A DNA stretch of 64,000 nucleotides from Xanthobacteraceae bacterium (GCA_036498625.1 DASYFD010000162.1:140-64139); one strand, 5' to 3'; positions 43,067 through 52,362 are shown, numbered from the stretch's first letter. The notes: a model not told the origin generated them from the sequence alone. Numbers and translations are program-made.

Positions 43067-44917
43067 ATGACCAACGTGCGAAGCATCCTGTTGGCGAGCG
43101 CGGCGAGCCTGGTGATCGCCGGCGCAGCGACGCCCACGATGGCGGCCGATCAAGTGCTCAACGGCGCGATCTCCTCGCCATCCGGCGAGAAGCTCGGCGG
43201 CGTGACGGTGTCGGCCAAGCAAGACGGCTCCACCATCACCACCAGCGTCTATACGGACGATACCGGCAACTACTATTTCCCGCCGCTGCCGGCCGGCAAG
43301 TACCAGGTCTGGGCGCAGGCGCTCAGCTTCGAGACCAGCAAGGCCGCGGTCGATCTCGCCGCCACCGCGCACCAGGATCTGGTGCTCAAGCCGATCACCG
43401 ATCCGGAGCAGCGGGTGCGCCAGCTGCCGAGCGAATTGCTGGTGGCGGCATTGCCCGAGGACACCGCGGAAGACGCGCAGATCAAGAAGGTGTTCACCAA
43501 TCAATGCACCGGCTGCCACACGCCGGGCTACCCGCTGCAGTTCCGCTTCGACGAGGCGGGCTGGAACAAGATCATCAACCTGATGAAGGTCATTCCGGGC
43601 ACCGGCGTCTATCCGGGGCCGGGCGCCAAGCCCAACGGCATCATCGACTTCAACCAGAAGCAGCTCGCCGCCTATCTGGCCCGCGCGCGCGGACCGGGCG
43701 AGACCTCCATGAAGTTCAAGGAGCGTCCGCGGCCGACCGGCGAAGCCGCCCGGGTGGTGTGGACCACCTATGACGTGCCGCTCAACCCGGATGCCGGCAT
43801 GGGCACCAACGCCAAGTACAATCCCAATCCCGGCACCGACTGGACGCTCGGCACCACCTCCAAGCTCGGCGAGCTGCCCCATGACGGCGGCATGGGGTTG
43901 GACGGCAACCTGTATTTCACCTCCAACAACCCGAACCGGCTGCTGACGATCGGCAAGGTCGACACCAAGACCGGCGACGTGAAGTATCTCAAGGTCGACG
44001 GCCCCGGCGGCCGCGCCGCGACCGCCCATGGCCTGGTGCGGGACGGCGAAGGCAACTTCTGGTTCGACGTCAACCCGGGCCGTCGCGGCCTCGGCAAGCT
44101 CGACACCAAGAGCGAGAAGATCACCGTCTACCAGACCCCCAACAGCATGTCGCCTTTGGGCGGCGCCGTGACCATGGACGTCGACGGCAAGGGCAAGATC
44201 TGGGCTTCGGCCCCGGACGGCGTGCTGCGCTTCGATCCGGCGACCGAGACCTTCAGCGACTTCAAGTCGAAGACGCCCTTCAAGAATGCGAGAGGCACCA
44301 ACAGCACCTATGGGGCCGCCGGCGACCGCGACGGTAACGGCTGGTGGGCGCAGATGGCGTTCGACACCATCGGCAAGGCCGACACGACCACCGGCCAGAC
44401 ATCGGAGGTCGCGCTGCCGTTGCTCAAGGATGAGATGGAGCGGCTGACCCCGGCCCAGAAGGCGTTCTACGACAGCTTCGACAACGTCACCAACGGCAAC
44501 CCACTGCCGTGGTCGGAAGGACCCCGCCGCATGGGCACCGACAAGAATGCCGACGTGCTGTGGGTCGGCAACTCCTGGGGTGCGAGCCTGGCGAAGATCA
44601 ACACCAGGACCATGGAGACCACGATCGTTCCGTTCCCCGAGAAGACCATGCAGGCCTATCACCTCGTGGTGGATCAGAGTCACAACGTGTGGGGCAACTT
44701 GTGGACGTCCGATCGGATCGTGAAGTTCGATCCGGCCAGCAACAAGTTCACCATGTTCGACCTGCCGGTGCGCGGAACCGAAATCCGCCACATCTCCCTC
44801 ATGGAGCATGACGGCAAGACCCAGGTGGTGGTGCCGATCTACCGGGCGAGCGAGATGGGCGTCATGACGCTGCGCAGCGAGGCCGAGCTGGCGGCCCTCA
44901 AGGCACAGGCGAAGTAA
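43067..44917 (+). CDS. exported multidomain protein: carboxypeptidase-regulatory-like domain + heme-c motif (CTGCH) + beta-propeller (Vgb/NHL-like repeats)
   Basis: 616-aa ORF. Signal peptide. GAISSPSGEKLGGVTVSA...TDDTGNYYFPPLPAGKYQV forms the Ig-like domain, followed by CTGCH and then repeated GN(L/F)WF / G(K)IWAS / NVWGNLW blades. Confidence 0.8.
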   Translation: MTNVRSILLASAASLVIAGAATPTMAADQVLNGAISSPSGEKLGGVTVSAKQDGSTITTSVYTDDTGNYYFPPLPAGKYQVWAQALSFETSKAAVDLAATAHQDLVLKPITDPEQRVRQLPSELLVAALPEDTAEDAQIKKVFTNQCTGCHTPGYPLQFRFDEAGWNKIINLMKVIPGTGVYPGPGAKPNGIIDFNQKQLAAYLARARGPGETSMKFKERPRPTGEAARVVWTTYDVPLNPDAGMGTNAKYNPNPGTDWTLGTTSKLGELPHDGGMGLDGNLYFTSNNPNRLLTIGKVDTKTGDVKYLKVDGPGGRAATAHGLVRDGEGNFWFDVNPGRRGLGKLDTKSEKITVYQTPNSMSPLGGAVTMDVDGKGKIWASAPDGVLRFDPATETFSDFKSKTPFKNARGTNSTYGAAGDRDGNGWWAQMAFDTIGKADTTTGQTSEVALPLLKDEMERLTPAQKAFYDSFDNVTNGNPLPWSEGPRRMGTDKNADVLWVGNSWGASLAKINTRTMETTIVPFPEKTMQAYHLVVDQSHNVWGNLWTSDRIVKFDPASNKFTMFDLPVRGTEIRHISLMEHDGKTQVVVPIYRASEMGVMTLRSEAELAALKAQAK

Positions 44918-44963
44918 CGCATGATTGCCTGCGCCGCCCGCAAGGCGGCGCCACGGTTAAAAA

Positions 44964-45010
44964 GCGGGCGGGCAGCTCCAGGCGGAGCGGGTCCCGCCCG
45001 CAATTTTTTG
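44964..45010 (+). terminator. rho-independent terminator
   Basis: GCGGGCGGG ... CCCGCCCGC stem followed by AATTTTTTGGG. Confidence 0.8.
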
Positions 45011-45023
45011 GGTTGTCACACAT

Positions 45024-45989
45024 TTGCTCTATGAGGGGCCCGCCACGCGAGCGCGATGGGATCCCGTGCTGTCCGAAGAGCTCAGCTATGTGTCGCGGCG
45101 CGATCCGTTCTGGAAGCGCTGGATCATGCGGGCGATCGAGAATGCCTCGGGCCGCCGCCGCCTGCTGCCGGTCTATTACCGCTGGCGCGCCGCCGCGGGA
45201 ACGAGCCCGCGCATGATGGGGGTGCTGCTCGACATGCTCGGCACCAGGCTCGACCTGCAGGCGCCGGCCTGGCCGATCACGGTGCCGCCGCAGCTTCCGC
45301 TGGTGATCGTCGCCAACCATCCGTTCGGCATCGGCGACGGCATCGCGCTGCTGGCGCTCGCCGAGGCGCTCGGCCGTCCCTACCGCATCCTCATCAACAG
45401 CGACTTCATGAAGCTGCCGGAGATCAGGCCTTATGCGCTGCCGATCGACTTCTCGGAGACCCGGGAGGCGATCGCGACCAATCTCGCGAGCCGAAGCGAG
45501 GCGCGGCGTCTGTTGAGGCAAGGCGTCACCATCGTGGTGTTTCCGGCCGGCGGGGTCGCGACCGCCGAAGTGCCCGCCGGCAAGGCCGAGGAACTGCCCT
45601 GGAAGCCGTTCACGGCGCGGTTGATCCAGCAAGCGCAGGCCGCGGTGCTGCCGGTCTATTTCGAAGGGCAGAACAGCGCGCTCTTTCACCTGATCAGCCG
45701 CTACAGCCTGATGCTGCGGCTGTCGCTCCTGGTGTCCGAGTTCCGGCACTTCGTGGGCGCAACCATCCGGGTGCATATAGGCGCCGTGGTACCGTTCGAA
45801 GCGCTTGCCGGCCGGGCCGACCGCGGCGCGCTCACCGACGAGCTCTACGCCCTGGTGCATCGCCTGGCGCCCGATGCGGCGGCGCTGGGATCTGAACGTC
45901 TCAAGCCGCGCCCGGCGGTGGCGCGGCGGCGCTACCCGTGGGATCCGCCCCGCAGAGTCCTGGCGGATATAAGAACACGGCTGCAATAG
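45024..45989 (+). CDS. lysophospholipid/glycerolipid acyltransferase family protein (PlsC/OlsA-like)
   Basis: 321-aa ORF with a TTG start (uncertain). VANHPFGIGDG contains the acyltransferase H-box, and VVFPAGG is also present. Confidence 0.75.
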   Translation: MLYEGPATRARWDPVLSEELSYVSRRDPFWKRWIMRAIENASGRRRLLPVYYRWRAAAGTSPRMMGVLLDMLGTRLDLQAPAWPITVPPQLPLVIVANHPFGIGDGIALLALAEALGRPYRILINSDFMKLPEIRPYALPIDFSETREAIATNLASRSEARRLLRQGVTIVVFPAGGVATAEVPAGKAEELPWKPFTARLIQQAQAAVLPVYFEGQNSALFHLISRYSLMLRLSLLVSEFRHFVGATIRVHIGAVVPFEALAGRADRGALTDELYALVHRLAPDAAALGSERLKPRPAVARRRYPWDPPRRVLADIRTRLQ

Positions 45990-46055
45990 AACTGTCGCAC
46001 CGCTGGTTTATCGCTCGTGGCTGCGTTCGATTCCTCGTGACGAGGGCGCGCCGCG

Positions 46056-46856
46056 ATGCTGGCCGAGGCACTGACAGGGGCGGCCGCCCTTGCGACCGGC
46101 GGCTTCCTCTACGCCAATTCCCGGCGGGCGCGGCTCTACCGGGAGCTTGCGACCCGTATTGCGCAAATCACGCGTGACCACGAACCCGGCCCAGTCTTGG
46201 TGGACTCGCGCAGCCTTCCGGGATTCGAGGACCGTCTCGCGGTGGTGCCGGACTTCCTGCCGGCGCCGCGCTTCGCGGCGCTCGCCGGCGAGGCGGAGCG
46301 ATTGGTGTCGCCCGAGCGCAGCTTCGTGCCGGCTCACAAGCAGGGCGGCACGGTCGCCTACGAGACCCTGATCGCGGCCGCGCCCGCCATCGTGGCCTGC
46401 TACCACTCGGCCGGCCTGCGGGACATCGTCGGGCGCCTGGTCGGCACCCCGATTCGACCCACCCCGATCAACGACCAGAGCTCGCTCTCGGTCCTGGTCT
46501 ACAACAAGCCGGGCGACCATATCGGCTGGCACTACGATCACAACTTCTACCGCGGCCGGCATTTCACGGTGCTGCTCGCGATTCATAATGCCGGGCAGGC
46601 CGATCGCGGATTGAGCCATGCGGTGCTCGAGGCGCGCCTGCCCGGACGCGAGCTCGCGATCAGCACCGCCGCCAACACGCTGGTGGTGTTCGAGGGCGCC
46701 CGCGTGCGTCACCGGGTAACGCCGATCCATGACGGCGAGCGGCGCCTGGTGCTAAGCATGACCTATTGCACGGACCCGCGCTCGTATTGGTGGCAGGGCT
46801 GGTCGCGGCGGCTCAAGGACACCGCGTTTTTCGGCCTGCGGGCGCTGTGGACGTGA
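46056..46856 (+). CDS. 2-oxoglutarate/Fe(II)-dependent oxygenase-like protein with an N-terminal hydrophobic segment
   Basis: 266-aa ORF. HIGWHYDHN (HxD) and a distal ARVRHRVTP (H...R) are consistent with the 2OG oxygenase facial triad. Confidence 0.6.
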   Translation: MLAEALTGAAALATGGFLYANSRRARLYRELATRIAQITRDHEPGPVLVDSRSLPGFEDRLAVVPDFLPAPRFAALAGEAERLVSPERSFVPAHKQGGTVAYETLIAAAPAIVACYHSAGLRDIVGRLVGTPIRPTPINDQSSLSVLVYNKPGDHIGWHYDHNFYRGRHFTVLLAIHNAGQADRGLSHAVLEARLPGRELAISTAANTLVVFEGARVRHRVTPIHDGERRLVLSMTYCTDPRSYWWQGWSRRLKDTAFFGLRALWT

Positions 46857-46858
46857 GC

Positions 46859-47725
46859 TCACGGCACGCGCAGCAGCGGCTCCCCGACGCGGATCATGGC
46901 GCCTTCTTGCACGCCCTCGCACAGCGAGAAGCCGTCGGGGGCGAACACGATGATGGTCGATCCATGCTGGAACCAGCCCATCTCCTCGCCCTTGCGGAAC
47001 GGCGCGTCGCAGGGAAAGACATTGGGCCCGCGATGCTTGAGGCTGAGCAGGACATCGAGGAAGTGCAGCCGGATGCTGGCCACCAGCACGGCGGCGACCG
47101 GCACCAGGGTCACCAGCTGGCCGCCGGCCGCAAGCCGGGTGCGCAGCACCGCGCGCTCGTTCTTGCAATACAACCTCTCGATGCGCTTGAGCGCGATCGG
47201 GTTGACGTTCCAGGTGTCGCCCGAGATGTAGGTGACCTCTTCGACCCGGCAGTCGTGGGGCGCATGGAAGCGGTGATACATGCTGGAGGTCAGCCGCAAG
47301 GTGACGTAGCGGCCGTTGCGGTTCGCCTCCACCAGGCCGGGGTCGCCGAGCAGGTCCTCCAGCCGGTAGGGGAAGCCCTTGATCTGGAGCACCTCCGTCC
47401 CGACCACCCTGCCGCAGGCGCCCACGATGGCGTCGCAAGGGCTCACCAGGACGTCAGGATCCGGGTCGATCGGCCGGGCGCCCGGCTTGAGCTCCCGGAT
47501 GAAGCACGCGTGCATGCTGCGAAACCGCGTGCTCCTGGCCTCGCTGAGGTCGAGGCCGGAGAAAAAGCGCCAGACGCCGATCGACAGATCGCGCACCAGC
47601 GGCTGCTCGATCTGGCTGAACCAGCCGACGAATTGGGTCAGGAGCCGCCGCGGAATGCGGTTGGTCAGCAGGAAATTGAGCTCCTCCTGCTGGAAAATCG
47701 CCGAGACCCAGCTTCTGACTGTCAT
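46859..47725 (-). CDS. psd: phosphatidylserine decarboxylase family proenzyme (long form)
   Basis: 288-aa ORF. VSPCDA, YHRFHAPHDC, NERAVL and the GWFQHGST self-cleavage motif are present. Confidence 0.85.
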   Translation of the reverse strand: MTVRSWVSAIFQQEELNFLLTNRIPRRLLTQFVGWFSQIEQPLVRDLSIGVWRFFSGLDLSEARSTRFRSMHACFIRELKPGARPIDPDPDVLVSPCDAIVGACGRVVGTEVLQIKGFPYRLEDLLGDPGLVEANRNGRYVTLRLTSSMYHRFHAPHDCRVEEVTYISGDTWNVNPIALKRIERLYCKNERAVLRTRLAAGGQLVTLVPVAAVLVASIRLHFLDVLLSLKHRGPNVFPCDAPFRKGEEMGWFQHGSTIIVFAPDGFSLCEGVQEGAMIRVGEPLLRVP

Positions 47726-47760
47726 GTTCCGGTAGTCCGGCGCAGATAGACCATGATTCG

Positions 47761-49446
47761 ATGGAATTCGGCGCTGCTACGTTTGCCTGGACGGCCCTGG
47801 GGGCGCTCGTGCTCGCGACGCCGGCATTGAAGCGGCGGCTCGAGCTTTCGCGAGCCAAGCACCGCTCGTTGACCGGGCATGTGCGGATGGCACGCCGGAT
47901 CGCCGGCCTGATCCCATTCTACGAATACGACGAGGCGCGATTCTTTTGCTGCGACGATGCGCCGGCCGAGATCGCGGGGCGCCGCCGCGGCGGCTTCACG
48001 CGGCTGGCGGAGCTCTACCGCACGCGGTTTGCGCAGACCATCGCGCGCACCGAGGCAGCGGCGCCCGGCATCTCCGACCTGCAGTTCACCGACACCTATC
48101 GGGTGCCGTTCCAGTTCAGCCGATACGTTCGCCGGCACCTCAAGGCCGGCGCCTTCATGCAATCGTCTGCCGGCGTCACCCTGACGGATCTCGATGGCAA
48201 CCGGCTCTACGACCTGACCGGCTCCTACGGGGTCAACGTATTCGGCTACGACTTCTACAAGGATTGCATGACGCGCGGGGAGGCGCGCGTGCGTGAGCTC
48301 GGGCCGGTGCTGGGCGCCTATCATCCGGTGATCGCCGACAACGTGAAGCGGCTGCAGGAGATATCCGGGCTCGAAGAGGTGTCGTTCCACATGTCCGGAA
48401 CCGAGGCGGTCATGCAGGCGGTACGGCTGGCGCGCTACCACACCGGCCGCTCCCATCTGGTACGCTTCTGCGGCGCCTATCACGGCTGGTGGGGCGACGT
48501 GGCGCCCGGCGTCGGCAACCCCGCGCCGGCGCATGAGACCTATACGCTGCAGGAGATGTCGGACGCGACCTTGCGGGTCCTGCGCCGCCGCCGCGACATC
48601 GCCTGCGTGCTGGTCAATCCGTTGCAGGGGCTGCATCCCAATGCCGGGGCGCCGGCGGATTCCGGCCTCATCGACAGCGCCCGCAATGCGCAGTTCGACC
48701 GGGCCGCTTATACGGATTGGCTCAAGCAGCTGCGTGCCGTCTGCAGCGAGCGCAATATCGTGCTGATCTTCGATGAGGTGTTCGTCGGCTTCCGCATCGC
48801 GGCCGGCGGTGCGCAGGAGTATTTCGGGGTCGCGGCCGATCTGGTGACCTACGGCAAGACGCTGGGCGGCGGCCTTCCGATCGGCGTGCTCTGCGGGCGC
48901 CGGGCATTCATGAAACGCTTCCGCGACGATCGGCCGGGCGACATCTGCTTTGCCCGCGGCACCTTCAATTCGCACCCTTACGTGATGGGCGCCATGCAGG
49001 AGTTCCTGCAGCGTCTTGAGACGCCGGAAATCCGCGCGCTCTACCACGACCTCGATGCGGTCTGGGATCGGCGCGCGCAGCAGCTCAATCAGCGGCTGCG
49101 GGACGAGCAGCTGCCGGTCGCGGTCGCGAACCTGTCCTCGATCTGGACGGTCTGCTACACGCAGCCCTCGCGCTACAATTGGATGCTGCAATATTACCTG
49201 CGCGCGCAGGGCCTGGCGCTCAGCTGGGTCGGAACCGGACGGCTGATCTTCAGCCTCAACTATACGGATGCCGACTTCGAGGCGGTGGTGGACCGTTTTG
49301 TGGCTGCCGCCAAGGCGATGCAGCAGGATGGCTGGTGGTGGGCCGCCGCGGACACCACCAACAAATCCATCAAGCGCCGCATCCTGCGCGAGATCATCGC
49401 CCACCGCTGGTCACTCGCGCGGGACCGAGAGAAGGCGAGCTCCTAG
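47761..49446 (+). CDS. class III (GSA-aminomutase-like) PLP aminotransferase with an N-terminal extension of roughly 130 aa
   Basis: 561-aa ORF. HMSGTEAVMQAVRLAR, DEVFVGFR and TYGKTLGGGLPIG (PLP lysine) motifs are present. Confidence 0.85.
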   Translation: MEFGAATFAWTALGALVLATPALKRRLELSRAKHRSLTGHVRMARRIAGLIPFYEYDEARFFCCDDAPAEIAGRRRGGFTRLAELYRTRFAQTIARTEAAAPGISDLQFTDTYRVPFQFSRYVRRHLKAGAFMQSSAGVTLTDLDGNRLYDLTGSYGVNVFGYDFYKDCMTRGEARVRELGPVLGAYHPVIADNVKRLQEISGLEEVSFHMSGTEAVMQAVRLARYHTGRSHLVRFCGAYHGWWGDVAPGVGNPAPAHETYTLQEMSDATLRVLRRRRDIACVLVNPLQGLHPNAGAPADSGLIDSARNAQFDRAAYTDWLKQLRAVCSERNIVLIFDEVFVGFRIAAGGAQEYFGVAADLVTYGKTLGGGLPIGVLCGRRAFMKRFRDDRPGDICFARGTFNSHPYVMGAMQEFLQRLETPEIRALYHDLDAVWDRRAQQLNQRLRDEQLPVAVANLSSIWTVCYTQPSRYNWMLQYYLRAQGLALSWVGTGRLIFSLNYTDADFEAVVDRFVAAAKAMQQDGWWWAAADTTNKSIKRRILREIIAHRWSLARDREKASS

Positions 49447-49448
49447 TT

Positions 49449-49565
49449 GTCATGGCCGGGTTTGTTCCGGCCATCTCGATTGGGATGCGCGGTGCGTCCC
49501 GCATCGAGATCGCCGGGACATAAGGGCGTACACGCCCGTCTTCGCAGGCTATGCCCGGCGGTGAC
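49449..49565. repeat. 117-bp MITE/REP-like element (inverted relative to 27694-27811)
   Basis: GTCATGGCCGGGTTTGTTCCGGCCAT...GGGACATAAGGGCGTACACGCCCGTCTTCGCAGGCTATGCCCGGCGGTGAC. It starts 3 nt after the aminotransferase stop. Confidence 0.8.
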
Positions 49566-49591
49566 ATGCTGCGGCTCTATCGACAGCCAAC

Positions 49592-50200
49592 CTATCCATG
49601 CGTCTTCGGCGTCATGGTGTCGAACAGCTCGCCGCGCATCAGATAGAGCGGTGCCTTGTGGTAGAGCTTGATGTCGTGGAACGGGTCGGTGAGGATCTTG
49701 GTGGCCCAGACCAGCCCGGTCTGCACGTCCTTGAGATAGAACAGGTGCACGGTGCGGAACACGAGGCCGCCCAGCCCGATGGTCAGCCAGATCAGCGCCA
49801 CGTGGCGCAGGAATTCGCCGGCGCCGTTGTGCGGCTGGAACATGCCGAACAGGGACGGATCGAGGTAGAGCGGCAGCGGCGACAGCGCCCAGATCGTCAT
49901 CAGCACGACCTTGCGCTTGAGATTATAGCCGACCTTGACCTCTTCCTTGTACTCGTGCGTCGCCTGGTTGACCTCGTCATAGTCTTTCGGCTCGAAGAAG
50001 AAGTGCCCGGCCTGCCGGCTGGTCATTCCCACCAGCCAACCCACCAGCGCGGCCGCAGCCGGGCTGGTGAAGGCGAGCGCATAGGCACAGACGAAGCTCG
50101 ATGCGCTGACCAGGTGCAGCGCCTGATTAATCCGGCTGTGATGATAATAGCGGTGGTCGTCCCATCGCTGCACCTTGAGCGCCTGAAGAAAGCCGTCCAT
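49592..50200 (-). CDS. integral membrane protein of unknown function (about 4 TM; possibly Mpo1/DUF962-like)
   Basis: ORF 49592..50287. Start chosen at MDGFLQALK (SD GGGGA). RYYHHSRINQALH is followed by hydrophobic helices. The family assignment is tentative. Confidence 0.6.
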   Translation of the reverse strand: MDGFLQALKVQRWDDHRYYHHSRINQALHLVSASSFVCAYALAFTSPAAAALVGWLVGMTSRQAGHFFFEPKDYDEVNQATHEYKEEVKVGYNLKRKVVLMTIWALSPLPLYLDPSLFGMFQPHNGAGEFLRHVALIWLTIGLGGLVFRTVHLFYLKDVQTGLVWATKILTDPFHDIKLYHKAPLYLMRGELFDTMTPKTHG

Positions 50201-50299
50201 CGATGTCCCCGTTCTTTCCGTGATCATTCTTATAAACGACACATGACATTTCGAAGACTCCCGCGCCGGTGATCGGCGGAGAGTCACAGCAATCGCGTC

Positions 50300-50986
50300 T
50301 CAACCGCTGGCCCGCAGCCCCCGGCGCGGCGTGAGCGTTGCGCTCTCCCGTTCCTTGGCGAATCTGATGAGCGAGAAATGGCCGAAGGGCGGCATCGCCC
50401 GGCGCTCGAGCAGCCGCACGCCATGGTGCCGCGCCACCCAGTCGGTGTAGCGCGACCAGGGGAATTCCAGCCGCCAGCCGAGCAGGTGCGTGAGCGGCGC
50501 AAAGCTCTGCTCGAGCACGCCGCGCAGGCCGGTCTCGGCGCCGACCCGGCTCACCAGCACGATCTCGCCGCCGGGCTTGAGCACGCGGGCGAACTCATCG
50601 AGCGTCGCCTCCGGGTGCGGCACAGTAGTGATGACGTATTGCGCCACGATCACGTCGAAGCTGTCGTCCGGGAAACCCAGCCGCTCGGCGTCCATGAGGA
50701 AAAGCCCCTCGACATTGCGCAGCCGCAGCTCGCTCACGCGCTTTTGCGCCTTGCGCAACATCGGCTCGGAGAGATCGACGCCGACCAGCCGGCTGTTCCT
50801 GCGGTAATCAGGCAGCGAAATTCCGGTGCCGACCCCGACTTCCAGAATGCGGCCGCCGACGCGCTCCGCTGCCCGGATGGCGGCATGGCGGCCCTGCTCG
50901 AACACGGCGCCGAAGACCAGATCATAGAACGGGGCCCAGTGCCCGTAGGCCTGCGCGACCGCCTGATTGTTGAGTTCCGTCGCCAT
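50300..50986 (-). CDS. class I SAM-dependent methyltransferase, Rhodobacter-type phospholipid N-methyltransferase-like
   Basis: 228-aa ORF. YGHWAPFYDLVFGAVFEQGR, ILEVGVGTG (motif I) and VLKPGGEIVL are present. Confidence 0.8.
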   Translation of the reverse strand: MATELNNQAVAQAYGHWAPFYDLVFGAVFEQGRHAAIRAAERVGGRILEVGVGTGISLPDYRRNSRLVGVDLSEPMLRKAQKRVSELRLRNVEGLFLMDAERLGFPDDSFDVIVAQYVITTVPHPEATLDEFARVLKPGGEIVLVSRVGAETGLRGVLEQSFAPLTHLLGWRLEFPWSRYTDWVARHHGVRLLERRAMPPFGHFSLIRFAKERESATLTPRRGLRASG

Positions 50987-51004
50987 GGCTGCAATCGGCC
51001 TCTG

Positions 51005-52033
51005 CTATGCTGCGCGTGGCTTATGGGCACTGCCCATGGCCACCTGGTTCATGTGTCCGATGAATTGCCGCGCGCTGTTTTCCCAGGAGCGGGTCAGGGC
51101 GAAGTCGCGGCAAGCCGTGCGCGACATCTGCAGGGCGGCGAGGCAGGCGGCCCGCAAGTCCTCGTCGACGACCCCGATGGGATTGCCCGCAATGACGTCG
51201 CGCGGTCCGGTCACCGGATAGGCTGCGACCGGGGTGCCGCAGGCGAGCGCCTCGAGCTGCACGACCCCAAAGGTGTCGGTACGGCTGGGAAACACGAACA
51301 CGTCGGCGGCCGCCAGATGCCCGGCCAGATCCGAGTCCGGCAGCAGGCCGAGAAACTTCGCGTCCGGGAACCGGCGTTGCAGTGCAGCCCGCTGCGGCCC
51401 TTGCCCGATGACCAGCTTGGTGCCTGGCAGGTCGAGCGACAGAAAGGCCTCGAGATTCTTCTCGACCGCCACCCGTCCGACGCTCACGAAGATCGGACGC
51501 GGATAGTCGAGCGCCATCGCATGCGCAGGACTGAACAGCGCGGTATCGACGCCGCGGGTCCACATGCCGAGATTCTTGAAACCCCGCTCGGTGAATTCGG
51601 CCATCAGCGACGGCGTCGACACCATGGTGACGGTGGCGGCGGCATGAAAGCGGCGCAACACCCCGTAGCTCCAGGCCTCCGGGATCGAGAGCCGGGCCGA
51701 GATGTATTCGGGAAAGCGCGTCGTATAGCTGGTGGTGAACGGCAAGCCGCGATTGACGCAATAGCGGCGCACCATGTGGCCGATCGGCCCCTCGGTCGCG
51801 ATATGGATCGCATCTGGAGCGGCCTGCGCGATCCGTTGCGCGATCCCGTTGGGGCCCGGCAGGGCGAGGCGCAAACCCGGATAGGTCGGCACCGGTATGG
51901 AGGGGAATCCGTCCGGCGTGAGGAAATCGATGATGACGCCCAGATCGCGGGCGCTGCGCGCCAGCGACGTCAAGGTGCGCACCACGCCATTGACCTGCGG
52001 GTGCCAGGCATCGGTTGCGACGAGCACGCGCAT
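51005..52033 (-). CDS. GT4-family glycosyltransferase (SQD2/glycosyl-diacylglycerol synthase-like)
   Basis: 342-aa ORF. MRVLVATDAWHPQVNGVV at the N-terminus and FPSRTDTFGVVQLEALACGTPV (E-x7-E) are present. Confidence 0.85.
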   Translation of the reverse strand: MRVLVATDAWHPQVNGVVRTLTSLARSARDLGVIIDFLTPDGFPSIPVPTYPGLRLALPGPNGIAQRIAQAAPDAIHIATEGPIGHMVRRYCVNRGLPFTTSYTTRFPEYISARLSIPEAWSYGVLRRFHAAATVTMVSTPSLMAEFTERGFKNLGMWTRGVDTALFSPAHAMALDYPRPIFVSVGRVAVEKNLEAFLSLDLPGTKLVIGQGPQRAALQRRFPDAKFLGLLPDSDLAGHLAAADVFVFPSRTDTFGVVQLEALACGTPVAAYPVTGPRDVIAGNPIGVVDEDLRAACLAALQMSRTACRDFALTRSWENSARQFIGHMNQVAMGSAHKPRAA

Positions 52034-52144
52034 CAGGCCGCCTGCCCTGCCGCCAGGGAGGCGCGCAACTCACGCTTAATCCGAGGCCGCTTGAATTTGT
52101 CGAACAGATTGCCGAATCGCATTCAGACACAATTGCGATTTCGT

Positions 52145-52162
52145 GTCTCAGCTTTATGACAA
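52145..52162 (-). promoter_or_regulatory. Pho-box-like direct repeat TTGTCAT-AAAG-CTGAGAC
   Basis: Read on the minus strand, 112-129 nt upstream of the GT4 start. The first half-site is a perfect TGTCAT; the second matches 5 of 7 positions. Confidence 0.25.
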
Positions 52163-52362
52163 CGCGTGCGACGTTAGCAATTTGTCTTGAATTTTATTGA
52201 CCAGCCCATCAGGGCGCAGAGCTCATAGGGCCTCCACGCCCGTTTTCGCGGGCTATGCGAAACCCTCCGACTCACGTTGCAAATGAAATTCGGCCAGTGG
52301 GTTACGGCGCGAAAGAGCGCGCCTAACCCACCCTGCGAAGCCGACTTCGCGTGCGTCCGCCT

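Noticed and set aside
43049-44809. 586-aa minus-strand ORF opposite the heme-propeller gene, and 47722..49404 opposite the aminotransferase
   Set aside because: These are shadow ORFs. The plus-strand frames carry the signal peptide, heme motif and PLP motif.
45993-46030. CTGTCGC-ACCG-CTGGTTT direct repeat upstream of the 2OG oxygenase gene as a second Pho box
   Set aside because: Both half-sites deviate strongly from the TGTCAT core. It is indistinguishable from chance.
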